Shown: positions 1-11,813, numbered from the stretch's first letter. The stretch: DNA of 64,000 bases from Trichosphaerium sp. ATCC 40318 (GCA_038496445.1 JALMLS010000288.1:1-64000), one strand, 5' to 3'. Numbers and translations are program-made. The notes: generated by a model not told the origin, from the sequence alone.

Positions 1-729
1 CAAATCTACCCAACTTCCTCCTAACCAACTTTATGAGTGGACATTCTAAATATGTTCTTTCACCTGCTATACTAACACGTAGGGTTCCAGCAATGAAGCG
101 CCCTTTGTTCGGCGGGATGTATGGACATGGCACTTCGTGGACATTTCAATATGCTTTGGAGATCTACGTTGTTTTAGCAATGCGGGTAAGGATAAGTAGG
201 TACCTCCTAGTATGCCAGACACTTTGTGTAGCTGTTATCCATCGACCATTTTGCACTTAGACAGTAGTACGCCTGTCATGGTTTAGATTGTACGTGTAAG
301 CGCTATCTATACCTCTCTGATGGATGATCTCTGGTTGTTTCGCACTTGGCTGTAGATCATTGCAAGAGCTGAGAAAATACGAGCATACTTCTTTGGCTTG
401 CTTTTGAATGAGCACTTTGCATTGCTGCGGGCAAGGAAAATGCTGCCATCAGTATCGGCTACTCGAGCTTAGCAACTTTTCGTCTACGTGCACCTGCCTG
501 AGTTAAATGCGTTGTCGCTAGTGCGTATTGCCACCTTTACAGGATTCAATGTAGACTGTTTCAAGCTGCTGGCAAAGGAATGAGCCAACCCTCTATCCTC
601 GCTAACACCTGTAACAGTGTTAGCACGCTTTCCGTGGAAATGCTGCAGCGTCCGTACTTGGGCAGGTCCAATGTTATGTGCATAGTGGATGGAAGGAAGC
701 TTATAAAACATGGATTCTGCCAAGCTCAT
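1..729 (-). CDS. SPO11: Spo11/TopoVI-A meiotic double-strand-break transesterase, 5' part (runs off the window start); apparent frameshifts
   Basis: Spliced translation gives KKYARIFSALAMIYSQVRNNQRSSIRE|AYY, co-linear with the Spo11 catalytic-Tyr motif (human QKFSLILKILSMIYKLVQSNTYATKRDIYY). Further on are DLQSILKCPRSAMSI and KGRFIAGTL (cf. DISCMLKVSRRSLHI, KGLIAGNL). Confidence 0.8.
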
Positions 730-915
730 CTTAGATGCCGTTGAAGATCCTGTTTTTTGCAATGTGTGACTTAACTTCGTGCGTTTTGATTGTTTAAGCT
801 GGTTTATTGTGGCAAGTACATGCTGTCATGATCACAGAATCGACGCACCTGTCTTTGTTGGCTTGTGACACGCCGCACGTCAGTTTCTGTTATTTTAGCG
901 TCAGTAACGCATAAA

Positions 916-3731
916 ATGCGTACAATGCTTAACGCAGGTACGAGCGAACGGTTTATTTTCTCTGTAATTACAATTACAGAGAAAGCGCGCTATTCTGTAG
1001 CAGACAGTGCAAATACTGTTGGATACACACTCCAAGTGCGAACGCTAGACGATTGGTATCGCGTAAAAGGTTGTGAAGTGGACAGTGCTGCTCGACCTGT
1101 TATTGAAGAGTACGCTAATGAGAGTGTAGACTAATGCTTACGCGTGGTGTAGGCATAATGGATCTATCAGTGACTACTTAGTAGCGGCTTATCCTCGTTA
1201 TAAATGGGATCGCATGCAATTCACGTGCGCAAGTTAAGTCTTTGTACTGCACGCTAAATTTGATGGTAGGCACGTACCAAATGCTTACACAAAGCATTGT
1301 TCTCGATTGGCTGTCATGGACACATTCGCACAAGACAATGACCTTAAAACTTTGGATTCGTGGTATGACCTTGATGTCAGTACTATCCGAAGAGCGAAGG
1401 GTTTATCCAGTTTGCTGGCAGGGTATCCATTCATGTTTTCTATTTGCACGCCTAATAATTGTTTGACAATAGGTATTACGACAACAGCTTAGAAAAGGCG
1501 CTGTATACATTATATCCTGAGTATGGATGGCTTGATACCAAATTTTTGTGCGCGTTCAAATTGTCTTGGTAATCCTCCGTATTAACGTTATATATGCAGT
1601 CACGCTAAGGGCTATTGGTCTCACATATCAAATCAAAGAGATAAACTCGAGCAGATATCAAGACGCAAGCGCTTCATGACTTTTGATGGCTGGTACAGCA
1701 TGGATTGGCAGTCAGCGTGCTACCTCGGTGCAGGCTCAATGTTGCAGAGGTATGTATATATAACTAGTCACTGGTCGTTTCCTGTAGTAACGTGTATGCA
1801 AGATATAACTCATCAATCGCCTCAGCCTTAGAGGCTATCTTTCCAGAGCATCCATGGGCACGCCAGGCTTTCAGGTGCGTGATGACTGGTAACAAGATGG
1901 GATGCTAACTAGGTTGTTATTAGTACAGTTCCAAGAGGTCATTGGGATAGTATTCAATCGCATAGAGATACCTTCAACAGACTGGCTGAAACATTGGATA
2001 TATATACAATGGACATGTGGCTCAGTGTAGACAAGAAGCAAGTGAGTACGCATGGAGGTGGTAATGTACTTGCAAAGTGCGTTAATTACTGTTTGCTTCA
2101 TCTTAAAACTTGATTAAAGGTACAACCATGACCTCAAAGCTGCTCTTGATGCTATTTATCCTTCTTTTTTGTGGTGTGAGACCGAGCTGCAGTGCGTATT
2201 ACCCATTATTTGATTGACTAGTAATTTAACTTACACGTCCAGGCAAGCGCAATTGAGTCACATCTCCGCCTATCACGGTCTCTGGATAGCTAAGGTGGGC
2301 GAGTATTTGGGCGTTAAGACCTTGGAGGAGTGGTATGAAGTAACCTTGGAAGACAAGGTACCCAATGGCGTACTTAACAACGTGGTGTCGAGGTACGATC
2401 CACCAGCTGTAGAAACGTGATTAACAGCTGTGCTGAGGTATTCAAATTCAATGTACAGTATGCTAAAAGCATTGTATCCCATGTACGACTGGCAAATGTA
2501 CAAATTTAGGTACTCAACAGAATTGGTAAGATCCCATTCTTATACCGTTGAGGCCATTGTCGACCAGGCGTCGTAGAGTGACGATAAAGTACTTTGACCA
2601 GGTTGACAATCAGCGTCAAAAGTTAGAGAGTGTTGCGCAAGCCTTAAAAGTCAAAACGGTGGATGCATGGCGTTTGATCTCCAAGCAACAGTTTGTACAG
2701 CATGCAAAAGCAGTCTTGAAGAGGTACAGGGGATCAATCAGCCGTACCTTGGACGCCATTTACCCTTTGACAGCCGCCAGTCATTGCGAACTCAAGTACA
2801 ACTTCTATATTGACCTAAGCTATCACTGACTTGTTGTAGGACTCGTAAAGAGCAAAGAATTAGTGGTTACTGGAAAGGTAGTGTGATATATTCACTCATT
2901 TTATTTCGGTAGCTTACTCGCGTAGATACTAAAAACGTTACTAAGTTTTTGAAGAAACTAGAACGCAAACTCAGCATTTCTAACCCGACAGCATGGTACT
3001 TAGAAAGTTGATACGTTAATAACGCATACATGGTAGGTATAGAGTATCTCTAGGCCAACTATTAGCACATGGAGGCGGTGGACTTGCACACCATTTCCCG
3101 TCAGTGCTGGCACAACTACATCCGCATGTAGATTGGCATTGGAACTCTTTCTCATTAAGCGATAAGCGCTCAGTTCAAAGGTACCTATTTTACACATGCA
3201 AGCTGTTTAGTCTTTTTTTGCTATGTGCTATGACAAATACTAATTTTGTGACCAGGAATCTGGTTGAGTACGTTCGTGCAATTTTTCCAAATTTGGTGGT
3301 GGAAGAGGATCATTCTATAGGCACTCTAGATAGCAACGGTGCGCCCATAGTAGTTGATGTGTTTGTGCCTGCACATAATCTGGGTATCGAGTATCAAGGC
3401 ACGTTTATACACCAAAATAGTAGTCACGTGAAGCTAATTGATCATGCGTACTGTAGGTGAACATCATTACATGGATGTCCTCAAGAACGCACATCCAGTC
3501 TCCGTGTACGCTTCAAGGGATGTGGAAAAGGCGGAACAATGTCAATCGCTTGGTGTTACACTCGTAAACTTACCTTATTGGCGTCTGGACGGTATACAGT
3601 CTGTAGTTGAGGTCATAAGGGCCCAAGCTCCACAGACTGTGGCTCATTGGCCAGGTAGCTCATTTGGCTGCCGGTTGCCACCTACAGAGCAGCACAATTC
3701 AGGTACGCCATCATGTAGTGGGGGCGGGTAG
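916..3731 (+). CDS. Protein with 7 tandem ~65-70 aa W/Y repeats and a C-terminal PD-(D/E)XK (Vsr/DUF559/RAP-like) domain; about 16 introns
   Basis: Spliced repeats have cores DDWY, DSWY, DGWY, DMWL, EEWY, DAWR, TAWY, followed by variants of Y-N-x-S...AL..IYP...W. The C-terminus reads VDVFVPAHNLGIEYQGEHHY...RDVEKAEQCQSLGVTLVNLPYW. The start codon is uncertain. Confidence 0.85.
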
Positions 3732-3963
3732 ATGAACCAGTAACATGATTGACACGTGATAGGATATTCAACTGCCTTCGCACGACAACAAATGCAAGTT
3801 GCAGCACTTAGATTTGGCGTTGAAACTGTACAATAGTAAAATATACAAACATAACATAAATACATAAGAAAATTTTTTCAAATCGTTTATTTTTGACACT
3901 TTGAAATCTATTTTGACGTTCGTTTACCACAACAATACGCTAAACGAATGATAAGCAAGAAGC

Positions 3964-6595
3964 ATGGCCTCTCAATCTGAAAGTAGTAAAGGCACCAAGT
4001 TTATAAAGGAATGCCTTGAGAAAGATCTATTGAGGATATTGCTTCAGCATCTTGAAGCAAAGGGATACAATGAAACCATGCATAGGTGTGTTGATGCGTT
4101 TAGTGGAAATGTGTAATTTAACATGCGCCTTTTTCAGCTTAGAGGCTGAAAGCAAGTATTATTTCGATAAAGAATACTTTGCAGGGCTATTTGTAGATGG
4201 ATCATGGGATTTATTGTCCCAATACATGAATAAGTTCTTTACCGGCCCCTCAATGGCCCGAAACGCGATATAATGTATGACATTTGTCGTCACAAGTTTT
4301 TAGATGCTTTAGACAAGTGCGCATTACATTTTGTTGAAATGTGACTAAACCAACGTAGAGGAGATAAACTCACGGCAAAGGTCGTATTAAAACGCGAATT
4401 GGCGGTTTTTTTAAATGCAACACCGCCATGTGACACATCAACGCCTTCGTATATCGCATACCTCGATATGGCGTCGCTCTTGCATATGGATAACTTCAGG
4501 TTTGTACTCAATGTGTTGTGGGCGCGATTTCACATTTTTTTTCAATCAGGGAGCATCCTCACTTGGTATGGCGTGGTAATGCTAAACAAATGAGAGAACA
4601 CAGCGTCAATAAGGTAGGTGTTACTCATATTGTGTTTTAAGTGGTATTTATCTATTAAACAGATTGTGTCGCACATACAGGAGCATTTACCGCTTACTGT
4701 TACACCAGAACTGCCAAAGATACCCGAAAAGGAGAGATTGCGATCGCTTATAAATCAAAGGCATGTGCAAATACTGTGAGACACGCAACACGTGACACAG
4801 TTGTTTTTTGAGATGACTGATTGAAATATTTAGTTTTAATTATCAAACACACAAGGTCGGCACCCCTGGCGGAGCTAGGCCCACTATTCACACGCTTCTT
4901 GTCGATTTTGGCAAGGATGATGAGAGGAATCCCTACGGACACTATGGGTTATTGTCTAAGAAGAAACGTAGCCGCGAAGTATCGTCTTCTAGTAGCCAAC
5001 CTGCGCCAAAGAGATCGAAGCACAACTTTGCAAAAATTAAACCGATAACAGTATGTCATGCTACCTGCACTTCATTCTGTAACCATTCGATAGGCACACG
5101 ATAAGATGTTGGAGAGTGGGAAAGTGCATATACGTAACAACCTATTACAATTTCCACGTGCAACCGAATCGTGCATATCATTTCACACAAAGAAATTCAA
5201 TTACGTATTGAGTGCGTATTATCCTACATGTATCATACGCATAACACTCGATGCAATGTAGTGAACCATGCCACCCAGAAATTAGGATTGTTTGACACAT
5301 CAACAGTTGAGTTGCGCCTTGTTATGGAAATTGACACAGAATGCACTTCAGTTGGCAAGTTGGCATGGGATCCTACTGGCACATACTTTGGTTCGTTCTC
5401 TTTATTTTGAAGCTACAGTGTACCGTACAGTAGTACTTATTATTGTATGTTGTGTATAGTTGCAGCAGACATTGATCAATGGGAGTTGTTCAAAGTTGAC
5501 TGGACAGCAGGAACAGCAAAGTCAGTAGCAGTGACAAAGGGTTCAGGATTAACAGATATCATTTTCGCGACTTTACCTATAGGTCACCGCGTCTCGGTAC
5601 CAGAAAAAATGTTGTGCCTCCTCTACAATCAAGACAATACTATAGAGGTAGCTACATATTCATAAAATCCATAACTATAAGGTCTTTGGTTGACACATGC
5701 TTGATATAGATGTACGATGTTGAAAACAAGAAACGCGTTTGTAGGTTTGAAGGGCACAAGGTACGCGACCCACGGAGCACACACTACACCAGCGCCACTG
5801 TGCACCTTTAAATAGTAATTTAATGTGTTTTAGGCCAGTAGCCTCTATGGATACCATATTTCGTCAAGGAGGCCAAGTACCATTCCTTGTTTCAGTCGGT
5901 ACGCATATTGCACATTGACATTGGTTTAGTAAGGATGATGAGGCTAACTAATCTTTGTTTGCAACAGATGTATCAGAGAAAATGAACATATACCCCTTTG
6001 AGCTATTAGGTGATAGTAACGTAATAACTATTAAACCAGTGGCAAGTATGGACAATCCCTATCAAACGTGCGCTCTGCTTTTAATAAATAATGTGTACCT
6101 CCTACTAACTCATTATTTCTACAGCATTAGGACTGTGTGTTGCCCTGACAGCGAGACACTGATTACAATCAGCTCATCAGACTCATCTTTCATACAATGG
6201 AGTACAGTAAGTGTTAAACACAAGGTAATTTGTGAGTTGTGACTCATCACTTTTTACAGGACGGGCAAGGCATCGTCAAGAATTTTACACCATATAAATG
6301 CACAACGCACACCAGGCTTATGTCTGTGCGCGATCTACTGGCTGTAAATCACGAAAAGTACCTAAGCGTTTGGCAGCGCACAAATGAAAATGTAAGTTTA
6401 GTTGTCAGTAGGCTGTGGCTCACTTTTTTTTTGTAGTCAGTGGGCACTGTGAAATTTAAAGGACCAGTGAGGTCTTTTGCTATTAGCGCTGATGGCAAAT
6501 GTATTGCGGCAGCTGTAATAAGAAATGGTCAAGTGACACTTTCATTGGTCCACAACATTTTCGACAGTTGGGGTGTAAATGTAGATGTTGTTTGA
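3964..6595 (+). CDS. TOPLESS-like LisH-CTLH-CRA protein with a probable WD40-like C-terminus; one apparent frameshift
   Basis: LLRILLQHLEAKGYNETMHSLEAESKYYFDKEYF...GSWD, IMYDICRHKFLDALDK and RLRSLINQSFNYQ match TPL N-terminal motifs. LAWDPTGTYF and FAISADGKCIA are WD40-like. Confidence 0.7.
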
Positions 6596-6663
6596 AAATA
6601 TCCTGCAATGCTGAAATACAAAGTTGTCCATGTTTTTTGTATTTTTGGTTTGTTTTTCTATTG

Positions 6664-9008
6664 TTACAGTTTGGCCAATTCCTTTAGCCTTGTTAAATGT
6701 TGTACATCTTGCAGTGGCACGCCCAACGTTTGAATGTGTTTAACATACGCTGTGACATCTAGTTTGAACTGTAGCGTCATAAAAGCGATATCGCTTTCAA
6801 GTGACGTCTGCTGTAACGATGTCTTGCGTGCCAGCCTCGTTTTCTCGCCAGCAATCTTCTCGACAACGGACGTTCCCAAGATGGCGTAGCTATCACCTGG
6901 TTAAAAAACACTCCAAGAAGAGGTACAGCTTACCTGTGCGTCAGCTCAGAAAGTAGTGGAATGTGAAAGTAATTGGTGCAGTATGTGTTGTCTGGAAGTA
7001 CAGGAGCAGCCAACAACCTCGTCCACCTGTGTATAGGTTCAAACGCAGCGTTGACATACGCCATGCATTTTACAGGCTTTGCCTTTCCTTGCTAAGAAAT
7101 GTAGGTTAGACCAAAGCTCTTTGGTGGGTTAGTAAGTACCATACGGTAGTGCATGACAGTCATTTTAACCTTTGTCAAGCTCTTTTGTGCTGTTTTCAAA
7201 ACTCTTTGTTTGGTGCGCTCCAGCAACCGTTTAATGGCTTCCACCGGTGCACTAACTCCAGCCACTACCTTGCGCGCGCCGTGTTCCATCTGCGGGTCGA
7301 TGTTTGCCAGCAGTTTCCCTACTTTATCGGCGTATGTAGTGGATTGGTGCTTGTATAGTGCCGACAGATCTGCGATCAAGTTATCTGCTGGTGCGCCCGT
7401 CTCCTCCGCACAACACCATGTGCTGTACCTGCATTAAAATATAAGCAATAGGCATGGCTGACGCACAGTCGGGCTTACCGTTTAATGACTTGGATAGCTA
7501 GTTTTAAAAAATCGTGTGCAAGTGGTCGAAGAAATAATTTTGGAGACCAAATCTCGTCCAGAAGTGTCACTGTTTGAACGGAGGATGCCAGTTTGAAGTT
7601 GAACAAGTTCTCAGTGGCACGTTTTGGTGCAACAGTTTCAGTGAGATGTGCAAGACACTTGTCGACCAACTCTTTCTGCACCATCGTGAAGTACACGCGC
7701 AATGGCATCGTCCAACGCTTCATCAAGTTGGTGTAGTGTCCACTTTGTCTGAAAGCCAGCAAGTACTTGTGTTGTTGAGGCAACCGCGCTTCTAACCCAG
7801 AACATAACATCATACACGCAGAGTAATTGGCGTGTATGGCGGCAGGTACTGTTGTTGGAAAAACAATACGGCTAATCGACTGTTCTTGCAGCGCCTCGAC
7901 TACAGGCTGGAAAACGCCTAGTGTAACTATTGTTGCCACCAGGCGATTGTGTGATGCCTCTGCTGCGACTGCCAGGAGGCGGCCGAGTTGTTGGTCCACG
8001 TGTTTGAGTAACTGATCCACAAATTGGTCGACAGCACGCGTTCCTCGCAGTTCCTTCGATCTCTTTTGCCACAAACAATTTAATGATAGATTTTTTACAA
8101 AAGGACAAGTGTTCGCACGCACCTCTTTAAGAAAGGAGTCGATGTAGTGGTGTTGTATGACATGCACGAGCGGGTGTGGATCCGTTGATTGTGCGTGATT
8201 GCCATGCGCAAGCATGTACACGGACAGCGCATCCCGTAAGAGTACCTTTTGACCATCGCCATGATCCACCTGGCCTTCCAAAAAAACTGGCGCCATTCTC
8301 TTTAAAATTCGCGATCGCACGACTTGTAATCGCTACGTGACACGTTAATAATGTACAAGCGTTTGACGTGCGCAGAGACGTTTGCTAACCTTGTTCATCA
8401 AAATCACGAATGCTTCGCTACCCTCCCACTCTTTTACAGATTCTAGCAGGTTCCTCACAGTGACGAGCAAGTTGGCTGCGCCTAGCAGCGTGTCACATTC
8501 TTCTGTTGCGTCTGTAGCACTTTGCTTGAGTAAAAGTGCTTCAAGCTGTTCTGTAGCATTGCATATTGCTTTGTAACGCGTCAAAATATCGTTAGAGCGA
8601 CTACAGCGCTCTGCCACCGCTAGCTTATCAGATAGATCATTCCAGCACTCAGTAACGCCGTCTTCAACTATGTTCGCCTCCTGTTGTAGCACTAGGAGCT
8701 TTGGGCGAATGTGGTGAATTTTTTCAATGATTTTGTCTCGTTCTGCGTGTAAATCTTTAAATAAGTGTAAATTGTCGTGTATGGCAACTGCCAAGTCGCT
8801 CGAAATCTTTTTCAGCTGTGTGTCGAGATACGACCGCACATAGTCAATAGAGCCTACCCTACTCTGTCCTTCTACAACCTTGTACGAGTAATCAATGCTT
8901 TGGTTTGTTTTTGACACGTACAATATTCAAAACGGGCTGGTCGCCTTGTAGTTGTTGGTCTATCCAAAACTCAAATGATTTAAGTGCCGGTGTCGCAATT
9001 GCTGTCAT
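6664..9008 (-). CDS. COG2: Conserved oligomeric Golgi complex subunit 2-like
   Basis: N-terminal coiled coil (VRSYLDTQLKKISSDLAVAIHDNLHLF), central MKRWTMPLRVYF and IWSPKLFLRPLAHDFLKLAIQVIKR, and C-terminal QFKLDVTAYVKHIQTLGV are typical of COG2. Confidence 0.75.
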
Positions 9009-9501
9009 TTGCAACGTGGACTTGTGAACATTAAGAATTTGCCACCCAAAATCTTAGTATTGTTTTTTCCAGTGTCCTAAATTTGTTTTTTTGGTTTTTT
9101 GATAAGTTGCGCAACTTCAACTTTTTTGGCTGAAGTCATTGTTACTTGAAATTTTTTTTTTTTTTTTTTTCAAAAAAAGGTTTTATTGTGCTGTGGACGA
9201 CAATAACCACACGTGCAATTGGGTTACATTAAGTTTTTACAATTCAAAATATGGATTTTCATCCCATTCATTTGAGCTTTCATAGTTTGTGTTTTTTCCT
9301 TTTATTCATAATGGAGGTTAAGTGGTTAGTAATAAAATTAATATAGGTGTTTTTAGAAGGTGTGGTTGGTAAAGGAGGAGGTTTTGGTGGAGGCTGTAAG
9401 CCTGCACCCCAATCTTCCCAGATATCAGTGATATCTGCCAGCCAGCCAGTGGACTTCCAGAAATTACCAACATAAGTGAACTTTTCTTCATCTGAAGGAA
9501 C

Positions 9502-9612
9502 TTCACACTGTGAGTTTTTTTTTTTTTTTTTTTTTTTATTTTTTACAAGCTAGGAGCAGTTACATGCTATTGATGATGTAACCGTCGCACGAGTGCTTTC
9601 ACACTGTGAGTT
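9502..9612 (-). mobile_element. Short (~80 bp) polyadenylated retro-insertion with a 15-bp TSD
   Basis: TTCACACTGTGAGTT at 9502-9516 and 9598-9612 flanks a poly(T) tract plus ~55 nt. Removing the insert restores the host LINE reading DNSQCE-VPSDEEK. Confidence 0.85.
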
Positions 9613-9963
9613 ATCAATGTTGAGTGTAACAAGAATATTTTGTTGATGCCAGAAAAGAACTTTGTGAGTGACTGGGATTTCTTCATCATGGAAAAGAGAG
9701 TTGCAACATTTCCAAATGCAGTGCATGATGAAGCTGATGTGGATGGCTTTTTCTTTGTTAGTAGTTAGCTTGAGTGTTAAAAGACCAGGAGGATAGGAAA
9801 GGTGAAACGTGTTTGATGAGCATACTACCTATTGCATTAGCATATTCCCATTCAAAAAAGAAACAATGACAGTGTAGTGGATACATGAAATCAGAGTGAT
9901 TGACAGGAAGAAGCTTGAGTAGATATCTCCAAAGAATATCTCTAGGTTTGTTAACTCCCCTAA

Positions 9964-10224
9964 CAGTGGTGGAATCGGACAAAATACGCATGCCTAAAAC
10001 GTGCCATTTGCGTGGAAAATAAACGTGCCCCAAACGTGCCCAAAACGTGCCATTTGCGTGTTGTATATTTGCAATAAACGTGCCCAAAACGTGCCATTTG
10101 CGTGTTGTATATTTGCAAAAAACGTGCCCAAAACGTGTCCAAAACGTGTCTTTTGCATGGAAAATAAATGTGCCCAAAACGTGCCCAAAACGTGCAATCC
10201 GCGTTCTGTCCGATTCCACCACTG
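9964..10224 (-). mobile_element. 261-bp MITE, an internal-deletion derivative of the 11814-12844 element in opposite orientation
   Basis: Perfect 18-bp TIRs CAGTGGTGGAATCGGACA. TAA on both flanks (9961-9963, 10225-10227). Body made of CCCAAAACGTG units. The empty site aligns without gaps to the paralogous LINE at ~14063-14120. Confidence 0.9.
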
Positions 10225-10912
10225 TAAGCTTGCTGACAGACTTGAGCATAAAATGGACTTTCCAGCCTAGATCTATCATTTTTTGGAGAGTAGGTGGCCA
10301 GTGAACCTGGTTGGAAGCAGGGGTATTATGCTTGACAATGTTGGAGACTTTAACATAGGTTTGGTTAGGAGGAATTTTTACACTACATCCTAATTTGAGC
10401 CATTGGTCATGGCAATAGTTTTCTATTTCAGAAAGACCAGTGTGATTGTGTTAAGGTGCCTAAACCAAAAAGAAGCTTTAAAATTGTCCACTATGGTGGA
10501 GATGTCAGAGACTGCCAAGGTGGAAAAAGAGAGCAGTTTTAGAACCTAAGGAAGAATGATAAGTGTGGTTGTTATTGTAAACTCTGAAAACATAGTTAGC
10601 ACTGTCATAGTAGCCATAAAACATGAACCAGTTAACAATGTTACACCATTGCTTATCAATACTCTTTAAAAAAGGAATAAGCACAACAGTACTGAAATCA
10701 GGATTTTGACACATACAATACACATACTTCACACATACTTCTGGCTAGACACATTTCACATACATGTCCAATCCTTAACCACCACTTAGAAAACAGTTCA
10801 ACTGCCACTTACACATTTTTGAATTCAAAATCTGCATTCCTCTTTCTCTTGCTTCAGCCTCACTGTTGTTTCTTTAGATGAGCCTGAATTTGGTGAGTTT
10901 GTGCATTCACTC

Positions 10913-11490
10913 CAGTGGTGGAATAGGCCAACACGCAAATCGCACGTTTTGGGTAAGTTTATTTTCCACGTTTTGGACACGTTTTGGGCACGCATATTTG
11001 CCACGCATATCGCACGTTTTGGACACGCATAAAACACCATTTTATAGAAGAAAAGAAAATAACGATTTATTACAATACATAACTACATAACACAAAGAGG
11101 TTTGGTACAATTATTACAAACTTTACATAAAACTATCCCCACACAAATGATACCCAGTTTATATCAACCAACTTCATGTTTTTGCCATTTTACCTGCTTT
11201 TTCACCAATCCTGTGTTACAACAAAGTACATAATTGCCTGTAAAAAGTGGTTTAATAGAGCTATAGGCCATAATATCCTAATACATATTTTCTATTTGTT
11301 TTTGCTAAAAATGGTGCATCAAACCCCAAACCACCATGTAACAATGCATTGTACCTAATTATACCTAATGTTACATTTTTTGAGCAGTTTATACAGTGAG
11401 TCCAAAGTTATCAATAAAACAACAAAACCCAGCATAAAGCTACATTTTGCACTTTATTAAGTTTTCTTCTACTTTTTAAAGTTATTATTG
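10913..11490 (+). mobile_element. Diverged, truncated copy of the same TIR element (left end only)
   Basis: CAGTGGTGGAATAGGCCA (16/18 to the TIR), CACGTTTTGG repeats, and AT-rich sequence co-linear with ~11950-12540. No right TIR seen, so the right boundary is approximate. Confidence 0.75.
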
Positions 11491-11559
11491 TTGTTGCCTC
11501 ACTTTTTCTGGCTTTCAGTAAATATACTGGTGTCAGGTGGGTGTGCTGTGTTTCTACTT

Positions 11560-11813
11560 TTAAATCTGTTAGCTTCTTAAAGGGCATCTACCAAGCATTT
11601 GGCCTTAAAAACAAGCATTTAGTAGACATTTTGAGGATAATGACAAGTTTTTTCAGATTGGCAACTATTGGAAGTTTACCAGCTGGCAATCAGACTTTAA
11701 TGACTCATGAAAAGATTGGAGAGCTGGTTTACCACCACCTCTTGAACCTTCACCTCTACCTACACTATTTCTCAAAAACTCTTATATCAACACTAACAAT
11801 TTCCTTTCAACTA
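11560..11813 (+). mobile_element. Fragment of the same LINE family (ORF2 extreme C-terminus), copy C, opposite orientation
   Basis: Plus-strand DKFFQIGNYWKFTSWQSDFNDS*KDWRAGLPPPLEPSPLPTLFLKNSYIN aligns with copy A EKFTYVGNFWKSTGWLADITDIWEDWGAGLQPPPKPPPLPTTPSKNTYIN. Confidence 0.75.

Larger units (their letters stand above)
9152..10860 (-). mobile_element. Decayed non-LTR retrotransposon (L1/Tx1-like ORF2 C-terminal half and poly(A) tail), copy A
   Basis: Poly(T) at 9152-9170. Minus-strand remnants SGG*GL, RDILWRYLLKLLPV..HCFFFE (zf-RVT-like) and HCIWKCCNSLFH (cf. WxIWKxRN..F). Contains stops and frameshifts and is interrupted by two younger insertions. Confidence 0.7.

Noticed and set aside
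916-3731. Repeat-nuclease genes as mobile elements or homing endonucleases
   Set aside because: Many spliceosomal introns, no TIR, TSD or host intron context, and normal spacing to neighbours.
100-4270. Insertional RNA editing or programmed frameshifting for the SPO11 and TPL-like indels
   Set aside because: Only three sites, at or near short homopolymers and of mixed sign. Assembly error or decay is simpler.
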